Assembly: GCA_030390025.1 (NCBI GenBank)
Contig: CM059432.1
Span: 47,432,001-47,496,000, forward strand
Source of the DNA: Squalus acanthias
Lineage: Eukaryota
DNA: 64,000 nucleotides
Direction of reading: 5' to 3'
Below, piece by piece: positions 13,690 to 28,103 of this stretch (its first letter is position 1; the number at the start of each line of letters is the position of its first letter). The position numbers and the translations under genes are program-made. The notes under the pieces are model-generated. The model saw only the letters and a list, made by a program, of their open reading frames with translations. It was not told where the DNA came from and made no database searches.

Positions 13690-14847
13690 GAAAGCAGAGT
13701 GGGAGTAAAGGGTAGCTATTCACAGTGGCAGAAGGTGGGTAGTGGTGTTCCACAAGGATCAGTGATGGGTCCACTGCTGTTCACAATTTACATTAACGAT
13801 TTAGACTTTGAAATCAAAAACACAATTTCTAAATTTGCATATGATACCAAAAAAATTTTTGGGGGGTGTGGGGGAGATAGTCAATACTGAGGAGGACTGC
13901 AACAAATTACAGGAGGACATTAATGGGCATATAATTGGCAAATGAAGTTCAACAGAGACAAATGTGAGGTGTTACATTTTGGTAGGAAGAATAGAGAGGT
14001 CACTTATCACTTGGAGGGTGGTTCAAGAAGGTGGCTCACCACCACCTTCTTAAGGGCAATTAGGTATGGACAATAAATGCTGGCCTTGCCAGCGACGCCC
14101 ACATCCCATAAACAAATAAAAAGTCTAGGTGTGGTAGAGGAACAAATACACAAATCATAAAGTTGCGCCACAGGTTAGCAAGGCTATTAAAAATACAAAC
14201 CAAGCACTAGGGTTTATTTCTAGAGGGATAGAATTGAAAAGTAGGGAAGTTATGCTAAACCTGTATCAAACCTTGGTTAAACCACACTTAAAAGAGTACT
14301 GCGTGCAGTTCTGGTCGCCATATTATAAAAAGGATATAGAGGCATTAGCGAGAGTACAGAGAAGATTTACAAGGATGATACCAGAAATGCAAGGGTATAC
14401 ATATCAGGAAAGGATGAACAGGCTGGGTCTCTTTTCTCTTGAAAAAAGAAGGCTGAGGGGTGACCTAATAGAGGTCTTAAAAATTATGAAAGTTTTTGAT
14501 AGAATTGATAGAGAGAATGTTTCTACTTGTGGGGAAGAGCATAACTAGAGGCCTTCAATATAAGATAGTCACCAAGAAATCCAATAGGGAATTCAGAAAA
14601 AACTTCTTTACCCAAAGAGTGGTGAGAATGTGGAACTTGCTACCACAGGGAGTGGTTGAAGCGAATTGTATAGAGGCATTTAAGGGGAGGCTGGACAAGC
14701 ATATGAGGGAGAAGGGAATAGAGGGTTATGCTGATAGATTTAGATGAGGAAAGATGAGAGGAGGCTTGAGTGGAGCATAAACACCGGCATGGACTGGTTG
14801 GGCCGAATGGCCTGTTTCTGTGCCGTATATCCTATGTAATCCTATGC
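13690..14847 (+). mobile_element. CR1 fragment with a nested short LINE/SINE tail (~14020-14120)
   Basis: GVPQGSVMGP, LVKPHL.EYC, FFTQRVVRMW. Confidence 0.85.
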
Positions 14848-15949
14848 AATCAGCTTGGCACATTCCTCATAGCCAGGCCAAAGATGAAAAGCAGTCACGC
14901 GAGGAAGAATCACAAGAATAAGCTCTAATCCTTGAAGTCCGTGGAACGGTGTTTGGTACATCTCTCTTGTGCTACAAGATGGCATGATATACAACTCTTA
15001 ACATACTGCCGGGCCTTACTTACAGGACTTGTACCTTATCTCCAATTAGTTACAGCATGAAGACAAGGCAAACCTATACTCTAACATCAATTATTTAATG
15101 CTACTAGAAGCTCTTTGTGAACAGTTTAGCAGGGAACAAAAGAATTCTGGTAGATAGGGACAAAAGTATAAATTAAATATGTCAAAAGCACTAATTCTAG
15201 TGGAATTGATTTTTGATGCATGTAAACAAATCAATGAAGCTACGTAACCTTTGCAGCTCCTTTTAAAGTGTAATTGGTTTTGATTTTGCTACAACAAATA
15301 ACAAGTTAACAGTTCTCCATACAAAGGTTTGGTTGTACTTTGGAGTCCTGGCCAATTCACAAATGCAAAAACAGATTATTGTTGTAATTTAATATTACTT
15401 TCCTAAATTTGTATTACATAGAACAATGCATCTCCAGTCATCCATAAAACACATCCTTGGTTTATTTATAAGTACCAGGAAGTCTAACCAAGTGTTTATT
15501 ACCATGCAAACATTAATCATTCACTTCAGGTCAGATCAGGATAAGCCAAACTAAAAGCACCCCCCACCCCTTCCACTGCAAGGTCTTTGGGAAAATCTGT
15601 CCCAGGGCCATAATTTAGTTAATGTATCTGGGAGATATTATTAACTGCACAGCACATTAACACTTTCTTTTAGTTAAATCAAGATGGAGAATTACAAAAG
15701 TTCATTTATAGCAGCCAGCTTAAATATAGTGGAGTCTCCATACATCAAAATGAAGGGATTGGACAAACACTTTGCTATATTTAGATTCAATACAAGACTT
15801 GTCGAAATTAACTTAATGTTTTACCTCTGGGAACCAGGACTACACTAACTCAAGACATCTGATGCATCAAGATTCCAGTGTATCTGACTTTACAGCCCAA
15901 ACAAGGTCAAGACATCGATGCTTTTAATTTTGATGCATCATCAGACTAA

Positions 15950-16570
15950 ATAATCCCGGGGATGAGGGGGTGGTCATATGAGGAGAGGTTGGGTAGATTG
16001 GGACTCTACTCATTGGAGTTCAGAAGAATGAGAGGCGATCTTATTGAAACATATAAGATTGTGAAGGGGTTGGATCGGGTGGATGCGGGGAGGATGTTCC
16101 CGATGACGGGTGAGACTAGAACTAGGGGACATAGTCTTAGAATAAGGGGCTGCTCTTTCAAAACTGAGATGAGGAGGAACTACTTCACTCAGAGGGTGGT
16201 AGGTCCATGGAATATGCTGCCACAAAAAGCTGTAGAAGCTACATCATTAAATAAATTTAAAACAGAAATAGACAGTTTCCTAGAAGTAAAGGGCATTAAG
16301 GGTTACGGGGAGCGGGCAGGAATTTGGACATGAGTCTAGGTTCGGATCGGTCATGGCCCTGTGGGTAGTGGAGCGGGCCCAGGGACCGTGTAGCCTGATT
16401 CTGCTCCTATTTCGTGTGTGCAATTATGTTAGATGCAGGAGATGGTTCTGTGATAGATAGTAGATTGGCGGTTAGGATCAGATCAGCCATGATCTTATTG
16501 AATGGCGGAGCAGGCTCGAGGGGCCGATTGGCCGACTCCTGCTCCTATTTCTTATGTTCTTATGTTCTTA
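15950..16570 (+). mobile_element. CR1 3' fragment (same subfamily as 42490-45445)
   Basis: ORF2 C-terminus and (TTCTTATG)n tail. Confidence 0.9.
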
Positions 16571-16711
16571 TAATTTCACGCTGTTTATAGTTTGTGCAGT
16601 TAAAGGCATCAAGCAAAAAAAAAAACAATGGAACTACAGCCTCTCATGATTGTGGTCGGTGTTCGTGTTCATTTGTTGTAGCCACAGAACATGGGCAGAG
16701 TTGGGGTCTTG

Positions 16712-18125
16712 AACAACAATGAAAACTTGCATTTATATAGTGCCTTTAACGTAGTAAAACGTCACAAGGTGCTTCACAGGAGTGTAATCAAACAAAATTT
16801 GACACCGAGCCACATAAGGAGATATTACAAAAGAGAGAGGTAGGTTTTAAGGAGTATCTTAAAAGGAGGAAAGAGAGGCGGAGAGGTTTAGGGAGTGAAT
16901 TACAGGGCTTAGGGCTTGGACCGCGAAGGCACAGCCACCAATGGTGGGGCAAAGGAAACTGGGGATGCACAAGAGGGCAGAATTGATGGAGCGCAGAGTT
17001 CTTGGAGGGTTGTAGGTTTGGAGAATGTTACAGGGATAGGGAGGGGTGAGGCCACAAGGATCAGAATTTTACATTTGAGGCATTGCTTGACCAGGTGCCA
17101 ACGAGCATAGGGCTGATGGGTGAATGGGACTTGGTGAGAGTTAGGATACAGGCAGCAGAATTTTGGATGAGCTCAAGTTTATGGAGGGTGAAAAATGAGA
17201 GGCTGGCCTGGAGAACATTGGAATAGTCGAGTCTGGAGTTAACAAAAGCACGGATGAGGGTTTAAGCAGCAGATGGGGTGAGGCAGTGCGGAGACGGGAG
17301 ATATTACAGAGGTGAACGTAGGCCGGTCTTGGTGACGGAGAGGATATGGAGTTGGAAACTCAGCACAGGGTCAAATAGGACGCTGAGGTTGCAAACAGTC
17401 TGGTTCAGCCTCAGATAGTTGCCAAGGAGAGGGATGGATTCGGTGGCTAGGGAATGGAGTTTGTGGCGGGGAATGAAGACAATGGCTTCAGTTTTCCCAA
17501 TATTTAGTTGGAGGAAATTTCTGCCCATCAGACTTGGTGAGAGTTAGAATACAGGCAGCAGAATTTCAGACAAATCATAGGCAGTGAAGGGGTCGAGAGA
17601 GGTGGTGGTAAGAGCTGGGTGCCGTCAGCGTACATGTGGAATCTGATGTTGTGTTTTTGGATGATGTCACTGAGGGGCAGCATGTAGATGAGAAATAGGA
17701 AGTAGCCAAGGTTAGATTTTTGGGGGATTTCAGAGGCAACGGTGCAGGAGTGGGAAGAGAAGCCATTGCAGAATATTTTCTGGCTACAGCTGGATCAATA
17801 AGAATGGAACCAGGCGAGGGCAGTCCCACTCAACTGGACAATGGAGGGGAGGTGTTGGAGGAGGATGGTGTGGTTAACTGGCTCAAAGGCTGCAGATAGA
17901 TCGAGAAGGATGAGGAGGGATAGTTTACCACGGTCACAGTCACATAGGATGTCACTTGTGACTTTTATAAGAGCTGTTTCAGTACCGTGGCAGGGTTGAA
18001 AATCATGATTGGAGAGGTTCAAACAAGGAGTTGCGGGAAAGATGGGCATGGATTTGGATGGTGATAACACGTTCGAGGAATGCGAGTTTGGAGATGGGGT
18101 GGTAGTTTGCAAGGCCAGAGGGGAC
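16712..18125 (-). mobile_element. L2 LINE fragment
   Basis: HGTETALIKVTSDIL...LILLDLSAAF, NFLQLNIGKTEAI, L2 tail. Confidence 0.88.
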
Positions 18126-19880
18126 AAGTATAAACAAAATGGTACATTAACTGGATGATGAAACCAAATTATTTTTGAAGTTGCATGAAATATACATAAT
18201 TATGGAACACTAACATGAGATAGTCCACCTAAAATAGACACCCTCCCTGATTACATCACCATGTATGATTCATATTTTGACAACAGAACAAGTCCCAGAC
18301 TAAAACATGCCAACTTTTTTCTCACTCCTGTTAATTACTTTGTTACAGTTCAAACAACAGTGTTGTACATAATCTTAGTTTTTGACTCTTAATACTCTTT
18401 GAAGTAGCGCCTCAGTTGTAAAATCAATCACCACCTTCTCAGAGCAAGTAGAGATAGGCAATGAATGGCGCGTTGCCAAGGTCACCCACATTCCAAGAGC
18501 AACTAAAGTCAGTGATGCCAACAACATTAAAATAATTAATTAATAGAACACCCATTGCTTATTATCCACAAACCAGTGAGTGGCAGAACAGGGTAATATT
18601 TTGCCAGTAGTTTGCACAACACAATGAGTTATGACTAAAATAAGGCAACCTCAAGATTCTACATTTATAAATAAGTATCTATTTGCAAATTTAATTACTC
18701 TTGCTGCATAAAGCTTATGAAGTGTGGTGGTAATTTTTTTTCTGATAAGGGCCACACAGTACCTTTTTGTCTGCTTTTCGCATATTTTGATAAAATATAT
18801 GAATGGGAACTCATTGGTCCCAAACTTGGTCATCGTGTAATTCTCAAATTTTACTGGTTTTGAAGGGGAGTTGGAATCATGACTAAGAGCAGAGTGCAGC
18901 ATGCAGCTGATTAACTTGGATCACTTTCCACAACATCAGCACATTAAGAAGGATAACTGAATAGGCAAACATTTTTAGCCAATTTTATTTACATTCTGCT
19001 TAACTGGCTGCTGGCAGGGCCAATATCTTATGTCCACAGAAATTGTGCCGAGAAATGATTTTATTTTCCTTCCACTTATAACATCTCAAGCCCTTCTATG
19101 AACAGTATCCTCAGCTCTATAAATCACAAAACTAGAATAATTGTACTAAAAGGAGGATGCACATTCACTAGGGTACATTTAAAATCAGCACAAATCCTCT
19201 TAATATAGTGATTGGGAGATCTAGCCGATACAGTTGCATAATTTAAATTTGAAAAAAGTACCACATATCACCCTCTATTGCCGTTATAAATCTATGAAAA
19301 AAAATTCTCCTCCACATATTGCGGCTAAAAGGCAGATAATAGCAAGACCACCAGGTAAAGGAAAAACTTTGTATTTGCTGCTAGGAGGTCCAATTTTAAT
19401 CAAAAAAAGTCAAGGAACTACTAAACTGGATTTGACACTCAAGAATATAGATAGCCAAAAACCAGGTTCTCAATGTATTAAAAATTACAATATAAATTTC
19501 AGATGGTATGCTTACTTTAAATCTACATCATAGATTTTTCCACTCTTTCCTGCTCTGCAACATTCCTCACTCTTTGAAGACAGTCAATCTATTCCAAAGC
19601 TTCTACCAATGCCAATAGCTAACTCATTGTGGTCTAATTTCTGTCAATTGTCCTTTGCTTCTTCCTCTCGATCACTAGCACTAAGCTTGCTAGTATTCAG
19701 TGTCAAAGACTGGAGATGGATATAGCTCAATTCTAGTCCCACTTGACTCCTGATCTGAACCATTTTAAATGGGGAGACACTGAGCAGAGGTTGCATTTCT
19801 TCAGTGGGGGGAAAGGAATAAAAAGAAAATAGAAGAGCACTCCCTAGTAGCCAGGTAAATAGGGCATTGGTGTTAGTCTG

Positions 19881-21437
19881 GAACATAAACATAAGAAGTA
19901 GGAGCAGGAGTAGGCCATATGGCTCCTCGAGCCTGCTCCGCCATTCAATAAGGTCATGGCTGATCTTCAACCTCAACTCCACTTTCCTGCACTATCACCA
20001 TATCCCTTGATTCCCCCAGAGTCCAAAAATCTATCGATCTCAGTCTGGAATATACTCAATGACTCAGCATCCACAGCCCTTTGGAGCAGAGAATGCCAAA
20101 GATTCACAACCCTCCGAGTGAAGAAATTCCTCATCTCAGTCTTAAAATGCTGACCCCTTATCCTGAGACTATGCCTCCTAGTTGTAGACTCTCCAGCCAG
20201 GGGAAACAATCTCTCCGCATCCTGTCAATCCCCCTCAGAATCTTATGTTTCAATGAGATCACCCCTCATTCTTCTAAACTCCAGAGAGTATAGGCCCAAC
20301 ATTCTTCTAAACTCCAAAGAGTATAGGCCCAATCTACTCAATCTCTCCTCATAGGACAACCCTCTCATCCCAGGAATCAATCTAGTGAACCTGTGTTGAA
20401 CCGCTTCTAAGGCAAGTATATCCTTCCTTAGATAAGGAGACCAAAACTGTCCACAGTACTCCAGGTGTGGTCTCACCAAAGTCCTGTACAATTGTAGCAA
20501 GACTTCCTTATTCTTATACTCCAACCCCTTTGTAATAAAGGCCAACATGCCATTTGCCTTCCTAACTGCTCGTTGTACCTGCATGTTAACCTGCACCAAC
20601 ATTTAATAGTTTCTCACAATTTAAAAAAAAACAATTCTGTTTTCCTATTCTTCCTACCAAAGTGAATCACCTCACATTATACTCCATCTGCCACCTTATT
20701 GCCCACTCACTTAACCTGTCTATATCCCTTTGCAGGCTCTTTGTGTCGTCCTCACAGCTTACTGTCCCACCTAGCTTTGTATCGTCAGCAAACTTGGATA
20801 CATTACACTCGGTCCCTTCATCCAAGACATTAATATATATTGTAAATAGTTGAGGCCCCATCACTGATCTTTGCGGCAACCCATTAGTTACAGCCTGCCA
20901 ACCTGACAATGACCAGTTTTTCCCTACTCTCTGTTTTCTGTCCATTAACCAATCCTCTATCTAAGCTACTATATTACCTCCAAACCCATGAGCCCTTATC
21001 TTGCATAACAACCTTTTATGTGGTACCTTAACAGGAACACACTCCATCCACTGGTTCCTCATTATCTACCCTGCTAGTCACATCCTCAAAAACAATAAAT
21101 TTGTCATACACAATTTCCCTTTCATAGAATCATGTTTACTCTGCCTAACCATATTATGATTTTCTAAGTGCCTGGTTACCACTTCCTTAATAATACATTC
21201 CAGCATTTTCCCGACGACTGATGTCAGGCTAACTGGCCTATAGTTCCCGGTTTTCCATCTGCCTCCTTTCTTGAATAGCGGTGTTATATTTGCTACCTTC
21301 TAGTCTGCTGGGATCATTCCAGAATCTAGGGAATTTTGGAAGATAACAACCAATACATCCACTACCTCTGCAGCCACCTCTTTTAGAACCCTAGGATTTA
21401 AGCCAACGGGCCCAGGGGATTAGTTGGCTTTTAGTCC
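19881..21437 (-). mobile_element. CR1 LINE, degenerate ORF2 3' half
   Basis: FADD, LVRPHLEYC motifs, 3' tail. Confidence 0.9.
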
Positions 21438-22146
21438 TGACGTGAACCATGACATGAACCCATCCTCTTAGCTTTAAGGACAGCAAGATGGTCAAGGTAA
21501 TATTTCCTTTTTTGTGAAATCAATATAAAGTTCCAAGCCCACAGTGAAAGGCACGATCAAAGTTGAAAAGAGTAAAGCACAGGAGAAAATAACTTTATTC
21601 AATGCATGGGGGGAGGGGGGGGGAAAAGGAGAGAGAGAGAGAGAGATATTATATTTGACCTTAGAAGGAAGAAATTTCAGAGGAGCACTGACCATTATCA
21701 TACAAATAAAATTGCTCCTTACCCAACAGCATTGTGGGAGTACCTTCACTATATGGACTGCATCAAGAAGGCCCACCATCACTTTCTCAAGGGCAACTAG
21801 GGATGGGCAATAAATGCTGGCCTTGCCAGTGACATCTATATCCCAAGAATGAATAAAACATAATAAAAAAGACTAGAAATGTTGTAATAGAGAGGGAGAG
21901 TGGTAGAGAACCTATCCTGTCCAGAAGTGCAAGACAGCTAAGTGTTAAATGTCTCGCCAGATATGATAGAAGTATTCAGATCTTGCACAGACATCTGATT
22001 GATGCAAAGCTGTTAACTTTCTATGAGTCAAAAGTGCCCCTCACCTTGAAAAGCACAAGATTTCAAACAATAGAAAGTCAAATTCTTCACTCATGGAATA
22101 AACTAAATAATCAAATTTTAGTCATCAAACACAATTATCCATCAGC

Positions 22147-22670
22147 CATAAGAACATAAGAAATAGGAGCAGGAGTAGGCCATATGGCCCCTCGAGCCTG
22201 CTCCGCCATTCAATAAGATCATGGCTGATCATCCACCTCAACTCCACTTTCCCGCCCGATCTCCAAATCCCTTGATTCCCCTAGAGTCCAAAAATCTATC
22301 TATCTCAGCCTTGAATATACGCAAAGACTCAGCATTCAAAGCCCTCTGGGGCAGAGAATTCCAAAGATTCACAACCCTCCGAGTGAAGAAATTCCTCCTC
22401 ATCTCAGTCTTAAATGGCCTACCCCTTATCCTGAGACTATGCCCCCTAGTTCTAGACACTCCAGCCAGGGGAAACAACCTCTCAGCATCTACTGTGTCAA
22501 TACCCCTCAGAATCTTGTATGTTTCAATGAGATCACCTCTCATTCTTCTAAACTCCAGAGAGTATAGGCCCATTCTACACAATCTCTCATGATAGGGCAG
22601 CCCTCTCATCCCAGGAATCAATCTAGTGAACCTTTGTTGCACTGCCTCCAAGGCAAGTATATCCTACCTT
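22147..22670 (-). mobile_element. CR1 3' fragment
   Basis: ORF2 C-terminus and tail. Confidence 0.9.
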
Positions 22671-24572
22671 CAGCCATGGCTGAACAACAATGAATCCAAG
22701 ACTGAAAGTACTAACTAACTATGAAGATAGGCTGATAATTGGAGAAAAGATAATTTAGGGGATCTTTAAAATATCCAGAGTTAAATGTGGTTGTAACCAG
22801 GTTGTTTAAAGCTATTAAACTACCATTATTGTGTCAATACAAAGCAATCCTGATCACACTGAATCCGGGTGTTGAGAGACTACTTGATTATGTGGTCTCG
22901 CACCATTTTGGCTTTGCACAAGGTGGAGCATAACTCCAGTCTAATGCAAGCCCACATTTTAAACTGCCTAGAACTAATAAGACATCTATCTGTAAACTTT
23001 CTATAGAACCTTCATTGTCGCTGGGTCAAAATCCTGAAACTCCCTCCCTAACAGCACTGTGGGAGTACTTTCACCACATGGACTGCAGTGGTTCCAGAAA
23101 GCGGCTCACCACCACCTTCTCAAGGGCAATTAGGGATGGGCAATAAATGCTGGCCTTGCCAGCGACACCCACATCCCATGAACGAATTTTTTTTAAAAAT
23201 TATAAATGATTTTCCCAGGGTAGGGTGGCAAAGCTCTGCACCATGGATCCAAGCATGTATTCAGTCCTCTTTGCGACTGAGTGTTTTGCAGCCAGCAGCA
23301 TAACTTGGATCTACTGGTTGTGCAATGTACTAATGATACTATTAGAACCCAAGCAAAATTAATGATTAAAGGGCAGATAGATAGATGAAGAAAGGTGATA
23401 GATTCTTGGACTCTAGGGGAATCAAGGGATAGGGAGGTCGCTCCTGCTCCTAATTCTTATGTTCTTATGAGAAGCTCCCAAGTGAGACGAGAGATTGAAA
23501 GAGGTCTTGTCCCCCATAGAATAGCAGATATGTGGAATATATTCACATCAAAACCAGTTAATGTTCTGCCAATAAACATATTTGAAAGAGAACTAGACAA
23601 ACATCTGGTCATTATTGAGACTGAACTTTCTCCAGATGGGTACAATCAGATAGATATTCAACTGAAGATTAACCTTCCAGTTCAGCTGGGTTGCAGGAAT
23701 GGATCAGATGTAAATAATATCGATTATAACTTAATAACTTCTCTATAAACCCAATTTTAAAGCAATTGCACATGCACAGTTCTAGTGTTGCTGCAGGTCT
23801 CTGAATTGGTCCCCAAGTTATAAATGGGGTGAATTCCACACGGACTTCAGCGGTCCAAGGTGGCGGCCCACCACCACCTTCTCTGAGTAACTAAGGATGG
23901 GCAATAAATGCAGGGCTTGACAGCGACGCCCACATCCCGAGAATGAATGAAAAATAATTCAGAACACAGGCATTCGCAATACTTTGCATAATCGCTTCTA
24001 CGATTCAAATGGAGTACTTTACCTGTATTTATACGGGAGAAATATGCAATATTTGTGATCCACAAAACACAGCCTCGTTACGTCAGAGATCACATCTGCC
24101 ACTATATAAAAAAAGTTAACAAAAAAGTCGAAGAGCGTACTGCGGCAAACATTTACGGATGTGCAGCAGTTTCCTTTAGACTGTCCCTGGGGTTAAGCCG
24201 ATGCTGAAACTCCCTTGTACAGCAACACCAAAAAATTAAATACTGCCCAGCCTGCGCGACACGAGCACTGCTCCTTGGTAAGACACAGATCAATCGTTTA
24301 CTATTTTTATGCAACAATAATTTCTAGAACTTCCTTTATGCAGGATTAAATAGTAAATAAAGAATTAATCGCGCAGTCTCAGAGAAAATCGTGCACTCTT
24401 GCTTCATATGTGTCGGTGTAATTCACACAGCATTCTTTCGACATTGACTACACCCTGGAAAGACGCACACGGAATATTACATGAAACAAGACATTATGAT
24501 CACTTTTTTTAAAGAAGTAAACTAGCAACAGAGTAAAAGGAGCACAGTAAGACAACAGGAAATCGCACTTAC

Positions 24573-24660
24573 TAAGGTGACAGGTAAAGAGCTGAACAGG
24601 ATTGCGAATGGTCTACACTAATGTCACTACCGCTTCACGCAGCACTTCCTGTGGCAAGAA
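24573..24660 (-). promoter_or_regulatory. CPNE3: Candidate non-coding first exon / TSS region of CPNE3
   Basis: Minus-strand GTAAGT donor starting at 24572, ETS-like ACTTCCTG near 24644, adjacent CpG/GC-rich tract. No transcript evidence. Confidence 0.3.
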
Positions 24661-24675
24661 CCATCAGCGCAGTGC

Positions 24676-24862
24676 CGGCCCCATGGTGGAGGCGGCCCCA
24701 GGGTGGAGGCACTCCCAGGATGGAGACGGCACCCCGCTGCAGGCGCACAGAGCAGCGGCTCCAGGGTGGAGGCGGCCCCAGGGTGGAGGCACTCCTGGGT
24801 GGAGGCAGCTCCCCGCTGCAGGCGCACAGAGTAGCGGCTCCAGGGGGGAGGCGGTTCCTGGC
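24676..24862. repeat. GC-rich degenerate tandem repeat (CCAGGGTGGAGGC-based ~17-18 bp units with an ~80 bp higher-order duplication)
   Basis: Repeated ccagggtggaggc(ggcc/actc). Block ccccgctgcaggcgcacagag.agcggctccaggg occurs twice. Confidence 0.8.
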
Positions 24863-26085
24863 TCAGGACTCACTTTACCCAGACCCGCAGAAACACTCCT
24901 TCTTCAACAACCTATTTCATAAATTTAGTTTAGGAATTGAGATTAAAAAGATTCTGACAGGATGTAAAACTTGAGTTTTCCAAGATGAATTATTCAAACC
25001 GAGTTGGGTTTTTCCCTATAAATTTCCCTTCCCTCTTCTCACATTTCCAGGGGCGGTGTCTCTTCCAATTAGACATTGTTCGCCTGCGAGCCCAACCACT
25101 TACATTTTCAAACCCAAATCAACGGTTATCTAATTGAAACTTGACTCGACCAGGTTGTGGTTGAAGAGAAATAGCAAGCCGTTAAACTCAAGAAAACGGA
25201 CGGCGTTTATGGTCAAGAATGTCACTGACTGAAAGAATATGTAAACGTAACACTGTTAATTTTTATGATGCGGAGATGCCGGTGTTGGACTGGGGTGGAC
25301 AAAAATGAGAAGTCGCACAATAACCTGGTGTTTAGAGTGACATGCACCAAAATAGACTGCATTTCAAACAGAAATGAGCGAATATCGTTTATGACACTAG
25401 CTTTTTAAAATAAAATAAATCTCAGACAGCCGGTGGACTCTGCCGGACGCCCATTGCACAATTGACAAATTCTCTATTTGATTAGATCCGGTTGGAGCAT
25501 TTTTAGTCGTGTCCTCTTAAAATAGACACTTGCGGAACGGACTCGTTGTCCCGTTACCCCGGGGAACCCAGTACCACCGTTACCGGTTCAATTAAAAAAG
25601 GCAAAAGCAGGAGATAATGGACTTTGATTCTAGGGCCTCAGTCAAACCAGAGGAAGCCTGGAATCGACTAAGTAATGGGAGGGTCCCAGCATGTCACTGC
25701 CCATCTGAACAGCTGCCGATTGCCACAGACTGCCCGAGCCTTGCCTACCTATGCCCAATGGTCAGCATCCCACCGTCTCTGCTTGGCCGAAGCCTCCTGC
25801 CAAAGAACGATAACCACGTTGACCAGTAATGTTGCCCAAATGCGTAGACTGTGTATAATTTATAGTAAGTGTGTCTGCAAGTGCCATGCAATCTATAATC
25901 TACTCCTGGAACCCAAGTAAAGATATAAACTTTCCACAATTTAATACAATTTATTTTGTATTTGAAAATTGTGATTGTTGTTTGCATTGCTGCTGGTGCT
26001 ACTTTTGCGGCAGTGTATATAGTTTCAATAGTGATTCCATATTTTATCTTGACCTTAACTGTGAGGTGAAGTTAATTCAACAGTG

Positions 26086-26194
26086 GCCCGGAATTTGCAG
26101 TCGAAGTTCTCAACATCGCGAGATCCTTGTGCGAAGCGTACTTCGGGGCCAGTGGTGAATGCCTTCACTTCGCCGCTGACTGCAAATTCCGGGC
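26086..26194. mobile_element. 109-bp MITE-like element with perfect 17-bp terminal inverted repeats
   Basis: GCCCGGAATTTGCAGTC ... GACTGCAAATTCCGGGC. Confidence 0.75.
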
Positions 26195-27039
26195 TAATAG
26201 CAACTGTGTCATTGTTAGGGCTTTGCATGTGGTATGCCTTTCTTTAATAAACTATAAGGAGACACTGGATTGCTCCAGTGTCCTCAAACAAAAAAACCTA
26301 ACAAAAGTGTCCCCTTTTTAGAGGTGCACAACTAATAGAAAGCAAAACTATAAACCAAAAAACACTTATAAAATTAATTAATATTGTCACCCGTGTCCAC
26401 TATGCCCACCAGTCCATGCGGTGCCCACTGATCATGGAAGGCCTCAAGCATATTGGCGGACACCGCGTACTCCTTCTCCAGGGCCACCCGGGCACGGACA
26501 AGACCGCGGAAGAGAGGCAGGCAGCCGGGTGCATTTGGTGTGTATTTCATATATTACACAGCGTCTGTGATGTTGTGCTAAACATACAGCCATTGCGACC
26601 TCCTCTGTGTATAAATGTAATACATTGTCTTACAAGATATTGCATAATTGCCCATTTTGAGTAACTGTGCATGATATCTATAATGCTACCATCTGTAAGA
26701 AACAGTAGTAGGTATACGGAGACTATGGGAGTGAGTGCTATGCATCACTAAACTATGTGAGTGTGCATCATGTATCTGTAAATTATAGGAATCAGAAATG
26801 AGTGCTCTCAGACTGAGCTGGTTATTAGACTGACCACTAGGTGTCTGTTGATTATAGAAGTCAGTACTGGATGCTGTCAGACAGATTTATGATGTCTCTA
26901 TATTATAGGAATCAGTGTTGGATGCTCACACTTATGACTGGATGTCTGTTGGTTTGAGTCAGACCACTAATGTTTGTAGATTATAGATGTTGGTGCTGTG
27001 TGTTCTCAGACTGTCTAAAATATAAGTTAAAATATGGTT

Positions 27040-27400
27040 TAAGTTTTGATAGAATAAATAGGGAGAAGCTGTTTCCAGTGGCAGACGGGTTGGTAACCAG
27101 AGGATTTAAGGTAATTGGCAAAAGAACCAAGAAAAAGAGACTAGATGAGTGAATTTTTTTATGCAGCATGTAATTATGATCAGAAATGCATTGCCTGAAA
27201 GGATGGTGGAAGCAGATTTAATAATAACTTTCAAAAAGGAATTGGATAAATACTTGAAGGGGAAAAAAGCGCAGGGCTATGGGGAAAGGGCAGGAGAGTG
27301 GGACTAATTGGATAGCACTTTCAAAGAGCCGGCACAGGCACAATGGGCCAAATGGTCTCATTCTGTGCTGTATTAGTCTATGATTTTATGATTCTATATG
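27040..27400 (+). mobile_element. CR1 3' fragment
   Basis: FDRINREKLFP...GFKVIGKR and tail. Confidence 0.75.
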
Positions 27401-28103
27401 TATCAGGAGGGTTCTAGATCATCTCTACTGAGACGTCTGGTGGTCGTGAAAGGCGCTATATAAATGCAAGTCTTTCTTTCTTTATACCAGGATTGAATCC
27501 TTATATTGAGAGCAATGCATTTGGCAGATTTGCCTGCAATATTTCATGTTAGGCCAGCATAGGTAATCCAAGATCTTCCTAGGATATGATAGGTATGCTT
27601 TAGGAATTGGGGAATAATAGGTGGTGGCTGTAGATTTTGTAAGAGTGGGAAATGGAGGCTCTCGGACTGATCCCTGGATGTCTGTAAGTCAGTAATAAAG
27701 TTTGTGAGCCTCTTAGGTGTATACTGTGGAGCTTATGGGCCATATATAAAGTTTAAATTAATGAATACCATTGCATATACCAATATGGTTGACTCTTAAC
27801 TGCCCTTTGAAGTGACCTAGCAAACCACTCAGTTGTATTAAGCAGGGCAACTAGGGATGGGCAATAAATGCTGGCCTTGTCATAATGGCACACATCTCAA
27901 GAATACATTTAAAAAAAATTAAAAGACTTTTGTAACAGACCTTTGACGGCTCTTTGCAAATCTCCAAATTTCAAACACGATAATCCATTAAGAAATATAG
28001 GAGTAATTATTTGATACGTGCACTCCTGACAGGTGATGTTCCCCATTAGGGTTGCAAAGTCAGAAAATTAACCTTATAAATGCAATTAAAACTCAATTGC
28101 CTT

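Noticed and set aside
24602..24974. Overlapping 100+ aa ORFs
   Set aside because: Products of the GC-rich tandem repeat.
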